Part shown: positions 47,670 through 62,499 of the stretch, in pieces
Position numbering within the stretch: the stretch's first letter is position 1
How the letters are laid out: each line of letters starts with the position of its first letter
Source of the DNA: the human T2T-CHM13v2.0 reference genome, Homo sapiens
Length of the DNA stretch: 64,000 nt
Assembly: GCF_009914755.1 (NCBI RefSeq)
Contig: NC_060935.1
Reading direction: 5' to 3' (one strand)
Position numbers and translations under genes: made by a program
Notes under the pieces: model-generated
What the model was told of the DNA's origin: nothing
The model's input: the letters and a program-made list of their open reading frames with translations, nothing else
Database searches by the model: none

Positions 47670-48324
47670 TGATGTGCTACTGGATTTGGTTTGCTGGTAT
47701 TTTGTTGAGGATGTTTGCATCTATGTTATTAGGGATATTGGCCTGTAGTTTCCTTTTTCATTGTGTCTTTGCCAAGTTTTTGTATCAGGGTGACGTTGGC
47801 TTTGTAGAATTAGTTATGGAGGAGTCTCCCTCTTCCTTGATGTTTTGGAACAGTTTCAGTAGAATTAGTACCAGCTCTTCTCTGTAGGTCTCGTAGAATT
47901 CAGCTGTGAATCCACCTGAGTCAGGGCTTTTTTGTTGGTGGTAGTGGTAGGTCTTTATCGACTGATTCAATTTTAGGACTTGATATTGGTCTGTTCAGGG
48001 TTTCAATTTCTTCCCGATTCAATCTTGTGAGGTTGTGTGTTTCCAGGAATTTATTCATCCCTCTAGATTTTCTAGTTTGCGTGCAGAGAGGCGTTCGTAA
48101 TAGTCTTTGAGGATCTTTTGTATTTCTGTGGGATTGGTTGTAATGTGACCTTTGTTGTTTCTGATTGTGCTTATTTGGATCTTCTCTCTTTTTTCCTTTG
48201 TTAATTTTGCTAGTGGTCTATTGATCTTGCTTATCCTTTCACAATATTAAAACCATATTATGGCTTTAATTTGTATTTCCCTGATGTCTAGTGATGTTAA
48301 TATATTTTCAGTGCTTGTTTTATT

Positions 48325-48549
<225 letters not shown>

Positions 48550-49109
48550 TAAAATTTTTGCATGTATTGATCTCCATTCAGCAACTATACTAAACTTCCT
48601 AGTTTTAGTAGTTCATAGGTTATCTTGAATGGCTTGTTCACATAATGACAATTTTGCCTCCTTTCTCATTTTTATACCTCTCATTTCTTTCTCTTATTCA
48701 ATTGTTCCTCTTATATCTCTAGAATAATTTTTCTGACTTTAATGGAAGTGTTTCCAGTATCTCACCATTAAGCATAATGTTGACTTTTGGCATAAAATAT
48801 TTAGAAACTGTACATCTACTGTTATTTGACTAAAAAAGTGTTTTAAAAATCAAGAATTAATGAATTTATCAAATACCTTTCAGTCTTTTTAGAGATGATC
48901 ATGCCTTTTCCACTTTAATATTAAATTATTCTTGCCTTTTTGGTATAATATCAATTTGGTTGTGATGTGTTGTTCTTTCAATGTGCTTCAGAATTCTACT
49001 TACTAAGATGTTAAAGATTTTTTGCATTAATTTCATAAATAAGCTTGGTCTGCCCATTTCTTTGTACTGCACCTTGTTAGAATGGCCAACAGTATCACAA
49101 TGACTATAT

Positions 49110-49406
<297 letters not shown>

Positions 49407-50775
49407 ATGATGACTTCATAAAAAGCGTGTGGATGCTTACATTCTCTGTGCTCTGTAACGGTGCAAATGGAATTGGAGTTATCTCTTTACTACTGCCTTG
49501 ACATAACTCACCTATGAATCATCTGCACCTGGGGCTTTTGGGGAGTAGCTTGTTGCCTACTTGCCAGAGAGATCATGTCATTCCCATTTTAAGACTCTTC
49601 AGTAGCTTCCCACTGCTCCTAGAATAAAATCTGTACTCCTTCCCAGGGCCTTCAAGGCCCTGCATAACCTTGCACAGGTCTATGAAACACCTCCTCCCCT
49701 GTAGTCTCCCACTGTTCACTGCCCTCCAGTCATACAGCTGCCTTTCTGGTCCTGAAACACATCAGGCGCTTCCCAGCCCAGGGACCTTTGAACTTGCTGG
49801 TTCTTCTGCCTGGAATGCACTTCTTTCAGCTCTTTACTTGACTGGTGTATTCTGTCCTTCAGGTGTTGCTTCATATCAGTTTTTCAAACAAGCCCTGCTT
49901 ACCCCTCTTATCTGGTATGAGATCTGTTGTCTTTCATCACACTCTTTCCTTAATGTATCACTGATTACGCTCTATAATTATCTTGTTTATTTTTTACTTG
50001 CTTATTGTTTGATATCCCACTTTCCAACCCACTGTTGACTGCAAATTCCTTTGGGGGAATCCCCCAGGATTTTGCCCGTCTTACTTACTCGTTTTTTATT
50101 CCCCAGAACTGTGTTTGGCACATAGCAGATAGCAAAAAAAGAAAAGAAAAAGAAAAACAAACTAAAAACGTTGACAGAATGCATCAATCAAAGAACCCAT
50201 GCAGGAGGGCACTGGGAGGAATAACAGTACTGTACCATTGGCAGAAAAGAGATAAGCAGGAATTAGCTAGGGTGGGGTTCAGGTTTGCACAGGTTTAGTT
50301 TCAGATGACAGCAAAGGAGCCAAGTAGAAGCTTCTGATAGACATTTGGAGATATAGGGATGGAGGGAAATGAAGAGGGTTAGGAATGTAGATTTTAGAGC
50401 GATCCTTAACCATCAATTAATGTCTTATTCACCCTTCCACTCTTCTATCAATGCATCTGTCTTTTCATCCACCTATGCATGCATCTGTTCACTGATTCAT
50501 CCCATAAACTTTTGAGTAAATCATGAGCCAAGCCCTGGACCTCAGGGATGCGGTGACCAATAGACAGTCTTGGCCATCAAGACTACACATCTGGAGGGAA
50601 TGGGAGGGGAGTACTAGACGTAAATTTAAATAGATTGTAGTAAGTAGTGCTATGGGGGAGCCACAAGTGCATCACAGAGGTTATAGTTGAAAACATGTAC
50701 GTGAAAACAGAAGACAATCTTGAGGGCATGCCAAAAATTAGGCAGCACTGGACAGGAGAAACTGACAAGGGCTGA

Positions 50776-51165
<390 letters not shown>

Positions 51166-51344
51166 TGACTATGCGGTGAATCTTAGCCCTGTTTCTTACC
51201 AGCTTGGTAACTTTGGAGAAATGATTTATTCTCTCTGAGCCTTGGTCATCTTCTCTGGAAAACAGAGATAACAGTACAAACCTCATAGCAACGTTATGGG
51301 GCTGGGCCCTGCCTGATGCACAGGAGGTGCTCACAGATGACGGA

Positions 51345-51392
51345 TGGGTGGTGGGGATGCTGCTGATGGTGGTGGTGGTGATGATGATGATC
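51345..51392 (+). repeat. Compound (GGT)n/(GAT)n trinucleotide microsatellite
   Basis: gatggtggtggtggtgatgatgatgatc. Confidence 0.7.
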
Positions 51393-54300
51393 AATCAGGA
51401 GAGTGGTGACTGGGAGGCACTTTAGAGCCCCTGGTCCCTGCTTGTAGAGCAGTATGTTCAACCCTGGGATTTCTTGAGATGTGGATGTGAGAATATCACA
51501 GTAAGTTTTGGTGGAGAGAATAGTGGGCCAAGTCTGTGCCTCCATCTTTTGCAGAGTGACTGCAGTTTGGATGGAAACTGGATACCAGCCATCTACTTTC
51601 TGGAAGGAAAATGCATTAGCTGCAATCCATTACACTGATTTGCTAACTCAAAATCTTTCATGATGAGTGCTGAAATTAAGTGATTACATTTTTTTCTATT
51701 TAAAAAAATATGCCTTCCCCTTGGACTTAAATAGTAAAATAGTAGGTAGGGTCAAATGCAATGGTCAGGGGAAATAGGTTTTAGTTAGAATCGATTTTGA
51801 TTTTGATGCATATGGGGGACTGTGGCTTGGAACTTGGCCAAGAGGATCTGCTTTCTGCCTTCTGCACCTCTGCAGAGTGGCGGCACGCTGGACGTACTAG
51901 CGGTAGAAGTGAGGGAGCGGAGCCTATTGGGAATAGATCAACACGTCTGTCAGGCAGGTGAAGAGTGATAATACTACCTGCTTAGGCATCCAGCACTGTG
52001 CCCGGCACGCATCAGCTATAAAGCAAACAGACCTCCCAGCCCTTTCTCACATAGGTACCCTGACATAGGGTACCTCACATAGGCATCCCAGGTACCCTGG
52101 TGGCAAGGACTCTTGAAAAAGGAAAGGAAGCCAGGACAGGGTTGGTCAAACGCTGTGACCGATGAGATTGTGGGCCAAAAGTTGCGAGGGAGGAAACTCC
52201 TCTTTATCAAGTGCCTACACAGACTGCCAAGCATGGTGCTAGTGGTTTCATCCTATCACCCATAAGTTGGTATTACTTACCTCATTTTGCAGATGAGGAA
52301 ATCAGGGCTCAGATGGGGGAAGGGACTTATCCCAAATCATGGAACTCATTCATATTGAACCAGCATATGAATCCAGGCTTTTCTGACCCCATAGCCTCCA
52401 TTCATTCCCCAAAGCCCTGTGATGTTGGAGTGCTGGGGAAATGGCGTATTGAAAATAAGACTGAGATATGAGAGAGCCAGTGGCTCTGACCTCTCTTCAC
52501 TTAGCTCAGAGCCATAAATTCTTAGAGAAGCCAAGCTTCAAGAGAGCTGAGTCTGAGCCAGCATCACTAGGGCGGGGAGAGGGGGTGGTGTCAGGGCTGG
52601 CAGGAGAGGACAGCAGAAGTATACCAGAGGGGGTTTGGGTACTCAGGATTTCCTGGATCCCACTGGAGAGGGATCCCCAGGCTCAAACCTCTTTCTCTCT
52701 TTTTCTCATCCCCAGGCCCTCTGTGACACAGCAGGTGTGGCCTGGATACCTATGGATGTGAGGAGCCTGCCACTCTCCCACCCCAGCCACCCAGCCCTGG
52801 TGTGACTTAGCCCTAAGTTCTTTGGGAGGCCTGGCCTCTTTGCAGAGACCCAGGGACCTTTTATAGCTTCATGGCTTTGGGCCCATAAATTTTTCAAGAA
52901 CTTACACAAATATTCAAGCCCTGATTTAAAAAAAATTGATGCTAAAATGTGAGCAGAAAACAACATTAAAATTAATACATGTTTAATTAAATGTCTACAG
53001 ATGTGGTATTATACCAACTAGCCAAGCATAGCCCAGATCAATTCTTACTTAGGTATAATGAATAAATTCAAGTTAAAAAACAAAATGAATAATTTACTCT
53101 TCACAAAATTCAAAATTATAACAAACTTAAAAAAAAATTCTGCTGCAGTAAATAGTATTTAATGCAAGAGCTGTGTTATTATACGTGTCATGACCAGGGT
53201 GGACATTGGGCCTGTGAAGGCCTCAGAAAGGCTCCACTGGCCTTCCAGGACAATGTCCCTCTTGGTCACAGCAGTGGCTGTGGATGAAGGAGGCTGCAGC
53301 TGCCCTCTGGGTGGAGCTGGGTCTCTCAATGCAGGGGGCTGGGGCATGGCTGGGACTGGGGGCATTTGCCATCAGCAGCTGTGGTCTCAGGAACTACTGG
53401 AGATGGCGAAGGGCAAGGCAGTCCCTCTGGCTACACACAGGAGACCAAAACCCCATCTGTCCTCTTCTCTGCCTGAGCAAGGAGAACAACGCATTCAGCT
53501 GTGGGCTCCAGAAACTGCCTCTGGCTGCTGCTGTGTGGAGAAGGGGCTGCATGGAGCGAGCCCAAGGGCAGAAAGATCAGGGAGGTGGTCGTAGCAGGGT
53601 CCAGTGAGAGGTGATGGTGGTCTGGCCTGCAGCACGGGTAGTGGAGACACAGAAAAGAAGATGGATTTGAGAGATGTGTCTGAGGCGGAAATAATGGGAC
53701 TTTGTAAAGGACAGAGAGTGTGAGGTGGAGGAGAAGGAAGAGGCTTGGATGATGTCAGAGTCCTGGGTTGGGGTAGGGGCAGGCGGTGATGCCCACAGGA
53801 GCCAGGGAATGAGGAGGGGCACATGTTTGGTATATGCTGATGTCAGTTTGGGATGTGGTGGGCCTGAAGGGCTTGTGAGACATCCAGGGGAAATGGTCCA
53901 GGAGGCAAAGTGGTGTGTTGGCTTCACAAGGTGGACCCAAGGTGAGGGCACAGATGAGGACACTCCCCAGGTCAGACAGAGCACAGGCCTAATTCAGTGG
54001 AGGCCCAGAGGGCAGAGCCCTTTCCACCCTGGGCCTTCACCTTCTGCGCCTTCCATTTACATCATCCACAAACCTCCCTGGATGTTCAGTTTGGTGGGGA
54101 ATGAGGCTTGAATGTGGCACCGGTGGGAAGGGTTCCCCACTTTGAGTTCTGTGGGTTTCTACTTTTACCTGGTGGGTGTGGTGGGGTCATAGCAAGCCTC
54201 ATGAAGAAAGTGGGGTTTGAGGTCAGGAGTTCGAGACCAGCCTGGCCAGGAAGTGGAGTTTGAATTCTTTCTCAAAGGTGGGCCAGTGGTGCATATGGGA

Positions 54301-54411
54301 GATGACAATGTTAGGCACAGAGAGAAGAGCACAGATGATTGTCATGGCTGTTGAAGAGAATGAAAGAAAAGACAAATTTTAGAACCAAGACATCATGAGC
54401 CCCTGTGAGGT

Positions 54412-54886
54412 ACTGTCTTCACTTCCCATGGCAGGCACAACAAATAACCACAAACCAAGTGGTTTGAAACAATTCACATTGATTCTCTGAAGGTCTGGAG
54501 GTCGAAAGTCTGAAACAGTTTCACAGGGCTAAGGTCAAGGTATCAGCAAGCCTGGTTCTTCTGGAGGCTCTAAGGGAAGCCTTTGTTTTCTTGCCTCTTT
54601 TAGTCTCTAGGGGCTGCCATATTCCTTGGCTGAGGCCCCTTCTTCCATATTCAAAGTACATCAGATTGGTGAGGACCTTCTCCTGTGACCGTGGCCCTCT
54701 GCATCGCTCTTATAAGGACGGTGTGATTACACCAGGCACATCCAGCTCCTGCAGGCTAATCCATGATGATTTCAAACTTCTTCATGTAGTCACACCTGCA
54801 AAATCCCTCTTGCCATACTAAGTATCTTTCCCAGGTCCTGGGGATTCAAACATGAACATCTTTGGGGGCTTTATCCAGCTGACCAC
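54412..54886 (-). mobile_element. MLT1 solo LTR
   Basis: caacaaataaccacaaaccaagtggtttgaaacaa...cacacctgcaaaatccctcttgccata...catctttgggggc. Confidence 0.75.
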
Positions 54887-54992
54887 AGGCACCAGCACAG
54901 TCATCATCACCAGGGCATGGAGAGCCACATTCAGCCCAGGACCGTGTCTAACCCAAGGCCCAGGCTTCATTGCCACTCCAGGCCGACTCTCC

Positions 54993-55283
54993 TTTTCTTT
55001 TTTGAGACGGAGCCTCGCTATGTCGCCAGGCTGGAGTGCAGTGGCGGGATCTCAGCTCACTGCAACCTTCACCCTCCCTGGTTCAAATGATTCTCCAGCC
55101 TCAGCCTCCCAAGTAGCTGGGATTACAAGTGCGAGCCACCACACCTGGCTAATTTTTGTATTTTTTAGTAGAGACAGGGTTTCACCGTATTGGCCAAGCT
55201 GGTCTCCAACTCCTGACCTCGTGATCTGCCTGCCTCCGCCTCCCACAGTGCTGGGATTACAGGCCTGAGCCACCACGCCCAGT
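54993..55283 (-). mobile_element. AluS (Sc-like)
   Basis: TSD ctccaggc(c/t)gact(c/g)tc. Confidence 0.92.
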
Positions 55284-55742
55284 CTCCAGGCTGACTGTCT
55301 AGCAATTCCTGGACAGAATGGCCACAGCTCCTGAGCTGAGGACTTGTCTAGTTTTGCATTAAATTGTATCCCAGTAGTTAGATAAACAAGGCTGGGAATG
55401 TCTGGGTTGAACCCAGCTAAATGGGCTCCTTACAGCAGGACTTCTCAGAGCCTTTACCCCATGCTGGATACTGTGACACTCTAAACTTCATTCACCATGG
55501 AACCTTTACGAGATAACAACATTTCAAACAGAACACAGTTTGAGCAGTGCTGCATAGGCCAGGCTACTGCATGGGGTGTTCAGCCAGAAGAAAAGAAACC
55601 TCAGAAGAGCAGGCACTCCCTTCAGCTCTCAGAAGGGCTATAGTGGGAAGAGACAGCCTTAGTTCCAAGTTCCTTTATTCAACAAGCACACCTGGGTGCT
55701 GAGGACAGATTGGTGAATTACATAAACCTGTTTCCTGCCCTA

Positions 55743-56246
<504 letters not shown>

Positions 56247-56631
56247 TCAGGTGGCTGGCAAAGAATATGGCCTAGTTGAGGAATCAGAAGGATGAAAGGA
56301 AGGCAGTGTGGTTAAAACCCAGTGGACATGGATGGAGAAGAGGAGAGGCTTGCTGGGAGAAGGTGCTGGAAATACTAGGTTACACAGGCACTTTGGGCCA
56401 CAGTGAATAGTTGAAAGTCAGCATATACGTGTTAAGCGAGAAACTGCATAATTAAAACACACAAACACAGACACACAGAACAGTAACAAGCCCATTGTTT
56501 GGAGAATAGACAGGGAGAGGCTAGAGGGCAATCTTGCATCTGCTGTTTCCACAGTGTCCAGGACAGTTCCTGGTAAGCAGCATGTGCTCATCAATGATTT
56601 GTTGAATGAATAAATCAATAAGAGAGGTAGG

Positions 56632-57430
<799 letters not shown>

Positions 57431-57840
57431 GGGTTCAAAACAGTCTTATTAAAACAAACAAACGAAAAAAGAAAGCAGATGAAGAAAGGGGGCGTTACTG
57501 TGGTGAGCTGGAGCGATTTGTTTAATACCTCTGAGTTTGTTTCCTCCTCCGTCAAATGAGATAATAATTCCTTCTCATTGGACACACTCCAAAGCTTGCC
57601 TGACCACGGACGGGGGCTCAACCGCTGATGGAGTCCGAGCAAAGCTCAGAATTCTCCATCCTGACAAGTCCTGGAGAGGGACAGACTTAACTCTCCTCCA
57701 GCCAAAGGCAGCAGGACTAGAGCCTTTAGCCACCTCGGTGGGTGATCCTCCTTATAGCTCGGGCCCTTGCCATGCTTCTCCCGAGCCTGAGCCCGCCCCA
57801 CGCTGGGCACCAAGTCCACCTTGTCCGCAGCTTCTCAGAA

Positions 57841-57859
57841 TGACCACCAGAGGGCGCAG
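57841..57859 (+). promoter_or_regulatory. Strong CTCF motif in a small CpG-enriched patch (~57590-58020)
   Basis: TGACCACCAGAGGGCGCAG is a near-perfect match to TGGCCACCAG(G/A)GGGCGC, in non-repeat sequence with retained CpGs. Confidence 0.7.
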
Positions 57860-58834
57860 TTCCTCACCGCGGGCGCTTGCCTGCCTCCTCCCCGCTGCCT
57901 CCTCTCCTCCCTCTCATTCCCCTCCTACTGCGCCTCCGCTGGATCCTTCATCCTAACGTCCCTCCCACTTGCCCTGCACGAGGCTCTGTGTCTAACATTG
58001 AGGACATGGGGTCCCGGAGCCTGAGGATTTCATGGGCTGGGCAACAAAGGAGAACAGTTATAATCGTGGAGGGAGAGTATGATGAAGGGGAAAGTAAGGG
58101 CTGGGGTAAAGAGGCCCAAATTAAACCTAAATTCTGCCGCCTATTAACTGCGAGACCTTAGATACACGGCTTCACTTCCCAGAGCCTGGCGGGACTAACC
58201 TATGTTGGAGGGTTGTTGTGAGAGGTACATGACATGCCAGTTTGTATATGTGCCGGCTAGTGATTCTAACAGCATCCACCTCAGAAGGCTGCTTTGAGAA
58301 TTAAATGAAATAATACACATAGGTTGCCTATTTAATAGTAGACACTCAAAAATCCTAGCTCTTTAAGAAGTATTAATATAAAGAACAACTCACAGTAGGC
58401 CCTTAACGCTAGTTCTTTCCCCTATAATTCTATCCCCATCCCTAGTCTGTGGATTTGGAAACAGGCCCAGAGAGGGTCTGTGCTTCCTCAAGGTCACCTA
58501 AGGAATGAGAAGCAGAACCGGGACCTGTCATTCTTCTGTGCCCGGCCTAAAGCCAGTAGCACAGACAGAAATCCCGGGTCCTTAGGGCCAAACTGTCAAA
58601 AAAAAAAAAAAAGTCCTCTTCATTCTTTGCTAAGGGCAAGAGGCCACCAGGGCAGGCCAGGCCTTGCCAGCAGAGGTGGGCACTCAGCACCCAGTGGCTA
58701 ATGGGGTCCTCTGTATGGCACCCACCAGCAGCACTTGGCTTTGGTCGCAGGTTCATTTGGTTATTTCTTGTTAGATGAATCAGCCTGCTGGCTGAGAGCT
58801 CTGAGGCATTCAAGACCTTTAAAAACTGGGCCTA

Positions 58835-59107
58835 GTGAGGAGCACCTCTGCCCAGCCGCCCCACCATCTGGGAAGTGAGGAGCCCCTCTGCCCGTTCACC
58901 ACGCAACCCTCCAGGTTCCCCTGAACCCAACATGTTCAAGGGTGGACTTTTGCTTCTCTTCCTGGTCACCCAGGACTATATCCCTTGATCTCTCCCAATC
59001 TTCCCCTTCAGAGGAAATGACTTCTGTGTGATCTTTCTGCCCTTCCCAAGTTTGCATTTTTGACATTAAAGTTTACTTTTAAATTAAAAAAAATAAAAAA
59101 TAAAAAA
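58835..59107 (+). mobile_element. 5'-truncated SVA2-type element with captured local sequence
   Basis: Two SVA-type VNTR units (gtgaggagc(a/c)cctctgccc); SVA2-type 3' end tgtgtgatctttctgcccttcccaagtttgcatttttgacattaaagtttactttt; A-rich tail; perfect 15-bp TSD taaaaactgggccta (58820-58834 and 59108-59122). Confidence 0.82.
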
Positions 59108-59528
59108 TAAAAACTGGGCCTAATATAATTCCTAATTTTTAGTTCCATGCTTGTCTTCTCCCACTCCTCCACCACTTTATGTTCCAGATACTTTCATTCA
59201 TCCATTCATGCATGCATGCATGCATTCATTCATTCAATACATTCTCTAATATATGCCAGACCAGAAGGTCTTGCCAGGAGGTCTACAAATAATCTATAGT
59301 TAACATCATGCTTAATGATGAGAAACTGGATCCTTTCCCCTTAAGCTTGGGAACCAGGTGAGGATGTTGTCTCTTACCATCTAGTGCAATAAAACAAACG
59401 AATAAAAAGAAATAAAAGTTATACAGATTGGGAAGGAAGAAATAAAACTCTTTACTCACAGGTGACGTCGCCGTCTATGTAAAAAAAACCCCAAAGAATC
59501 TACAAAAAGTCTCCTGGAACTAGGAAGT

Positions 59529-60029
59529 TGCCGAGACCAGCTTGGTGGGAGAGACCCTAACCCAGCAGCGCTGGAGGAATTAAAGACACACACACGGAAA
59601 TATAGAGGTGTGGAGTGGGAAATCAGGGGTCTCACAGCCTTCAGAGCTGACAGCCTCGAAAAGAGATTTACCCACGTATTTATTAACAGCAAGCCAGTGA
59701 TAAGCATTGTTTCTATGGATTATAGATTAACTTAAAGTATTCCTCAGGGAAACAAAGGGATGGGCCAAAATAAAGGGATGGGTTTGGCTAGTTATCTGCA
59801 GCAGGAGCATGTCCTTAAGGCACAGATGGCTCATGCTATTGTTTGTGATTTAAGAACGTCTTTAAGCGGTTATCTGCCCTGGGTGGGCCAGGTGTTCCTT
59901 GCTCTCATTCCGGTAAACCCACAACCTTTGTCACGGCCATCACGAACATGTCACAGTGCTGCAGAGATTTTGTTTATGGCCAGTTTTGGGGCCAGTTTAT
60001 GGCCCGATTTTGGGGGCCTATTCCCAACA
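59529..60029 (-). mobile_element. MER9 (HERV-K HML-3) solo LTR inside an L1M fragment
   Basis: Minus strand begins TGTTGGGAATAGGCCCCCAAAATC...CATAAACTGGCCCCAAAACTGGCCATAAAC and ends GGTCTCGGCA; TSD gaagt. Confidence 0.88.
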
Positions 60030-60286
60030 GAAGTAAAAATGGCAAGGTCCCAGGACACAAGATCAATATATACAAAAGTTAATTCCTCTTTATTTAATTT
60101 ATACATTTAATGCAACCCCAACAAAAACATCAATAAACTTTTTTTTTTTGTGGAACTAGACATGTTGATACTGAGCCTCATATGGAAGACGCTGTCTTTA
60201 ATGTTTTCCTGGCTAATCCTTCATACCTATTTTTCCATATAATGCTCAGTATCAACTTGTTTAGTTCCATTAAAAAGTTGATTAGT

Positions 60287-60577
60287 GGCCGGACACAGTG
60301 GCTCATGCCTGTAATCCTAGCACTTTGGGAGGCTGAGGTGGGCAGATCATGAGGTCAGGAGTTCGAGACCAGCCTGGCCAATATGGTGAAACCCCATCTC
60401 TACTAAAAAATATAAAAATTAGCTGGGTGTGGTGCTGCGCACCTGTATTCCCAGCCACTCAGGAGACTGAGGCAGGAGAATTGCTGGAACCCAGGAGGCG
60501 GAGGTTGCGGTGAGCCAAGATCACGCCACTGCACTCCAGCCTGGGTGACAGAGCGAGACTCCATCTCAAAATAAAAA
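60287..60577 (+). mobile_element. AluSg-like element inside an old L1M (~60200-62300, minus strand)
   Basis: Full dimer. Confidence 0.92.
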
Positions 60578-60941
60578 TTTATTGGTGTTCTTACTGGGAT
60601 TGCATTAAATTTATAAATTAAATAAGAAGGAACTTATATTTTTATGATGTTGAGACATCCTAAACAGGAACAAGTGATGTCTTTTAGTTTATTTTACTTC
60701 TACTTGAGCATCTTCCAGGAGTGTTGTAAAGTTCTTCTTATATAGCTTTTGCATATTTCTTATTACGTTTATTCCTAAGTAGTTCATCTTCTTTGTTACT
60801 ATATAAATAGAGTTTTCTCCTTCATTATATTCCCTAACTAGACATTGCTTGTGTATACTGAGGTTATTAATTTTTGTATGTTAATTTTATATCCTGCTAT
60901 TTCACTGAATTTTCCGTTATCTGGATTAATTTTACCATTCA

Positions 60942-61370
<429 letters not shown>

Positions 61371-62357
61371 CTAGCTTTAGGAACAAGGTATGTATATTTT
61401 ATTATATTGAGAAAACACCCATTAATTTCACTCTGTGTTGAGTTTTGTCAACAGCTTCTCCAGCATCTATGGAGATACTAATATGATTTTCTCCTTAAAT
61501 TGATTAATCCTTTGTATTATATTAATGGCTTCCTTAATCCTACCTGTTCATGGTGTATGGCAACATGATGTTGGATTCCATCTTCTAGTATTTTCTAATA
61601 TAAGATCTCTAATATTTTATTTAAATATTTTGCATCAATTCTCATAAATTATTTGATAAATATGTACTCTTCTTTTTTGCTCTGCTTTTTTTAATTGAGT
61701 ATAAATATCAATGTTATATTTGCTGTGTAAGAAAGAAATTGGAAATTTTTCTTGAATTTAAGACCTTTGAATCAATTTATGGAGCACTGGGGCTATCTAA
61801 TCTTTCCAGATTTGCTAAACTTCACCTGTGAAACTGTCTGTGCCTGGTGCTTTTTTTGTGGGATAATTTCTTGATAACTTTCTCTGAGTCTATTATGGAA
61901 GTTAACCTGTTTAAGTATTTCTATCTTTAATTGGTTCAGTTTAGTTTACAGCTTGTTTGTATAGAAGTTTACAAAGTAGTTCTAGTTTCTTATGATTTTT
62001 AGAAATTTCTTTTGTTTCAATATTTCATTCATTCTCCTTTTTTATTTTTTGTACATGTGTGATTTATCTCTTTTTGTGATAACATTAACTAGTAGTTTGT
62101 GTATTTTTAATGTAATCTATTAATTATATCTTTGTTTTCTCATCTCTATCACTAATTTCTGCTTTTGTATTTATTACTTTCTTCCTTGGGCTTTCTTTTG
62201 AGTTTCTTTGTTATTCTTTTTCTAGATTTTATAACCTAGGAATTTAATTCATTCATTCTTAATCTTTCATTTTTATTTATATATGCATTTCCTCAAAATG
62301 AGTTCCATTCAGCGAATTCCAATATTCCAAGAAAAATGTTTTTGAAATTTAAGATGA

Positions 62358-62497
62358 CTATATAATGTATATATAATGTAATAATGTAATGTGTGTATAA
62401 TGTATATAGAAGAATTTATATGTATTCATGGAACATATATGTATTATATGTATATATATATATATATATATAATGTATATGTAATGTATATCAATGT
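62358..62497. repeat. AT-rich low-complexity / (TA)n tract
   Basis: tataatgtatatataatgta...tatatatatatatatatatata. Confidence 0.85.
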
Positions 62498-62499
62498 AG

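Noticed and set aside
51330-51400. Poly-His / poly-Thr peptides in minus-strand ORFs
   Set aside because: Translation of a (GGT)/(GAT) microsatellite.
58663-58684. Second CTCF-like motif (CCAGCAGAGGTGGGC)
   Set aside because: Spacing breaks the GGC core; weak match.
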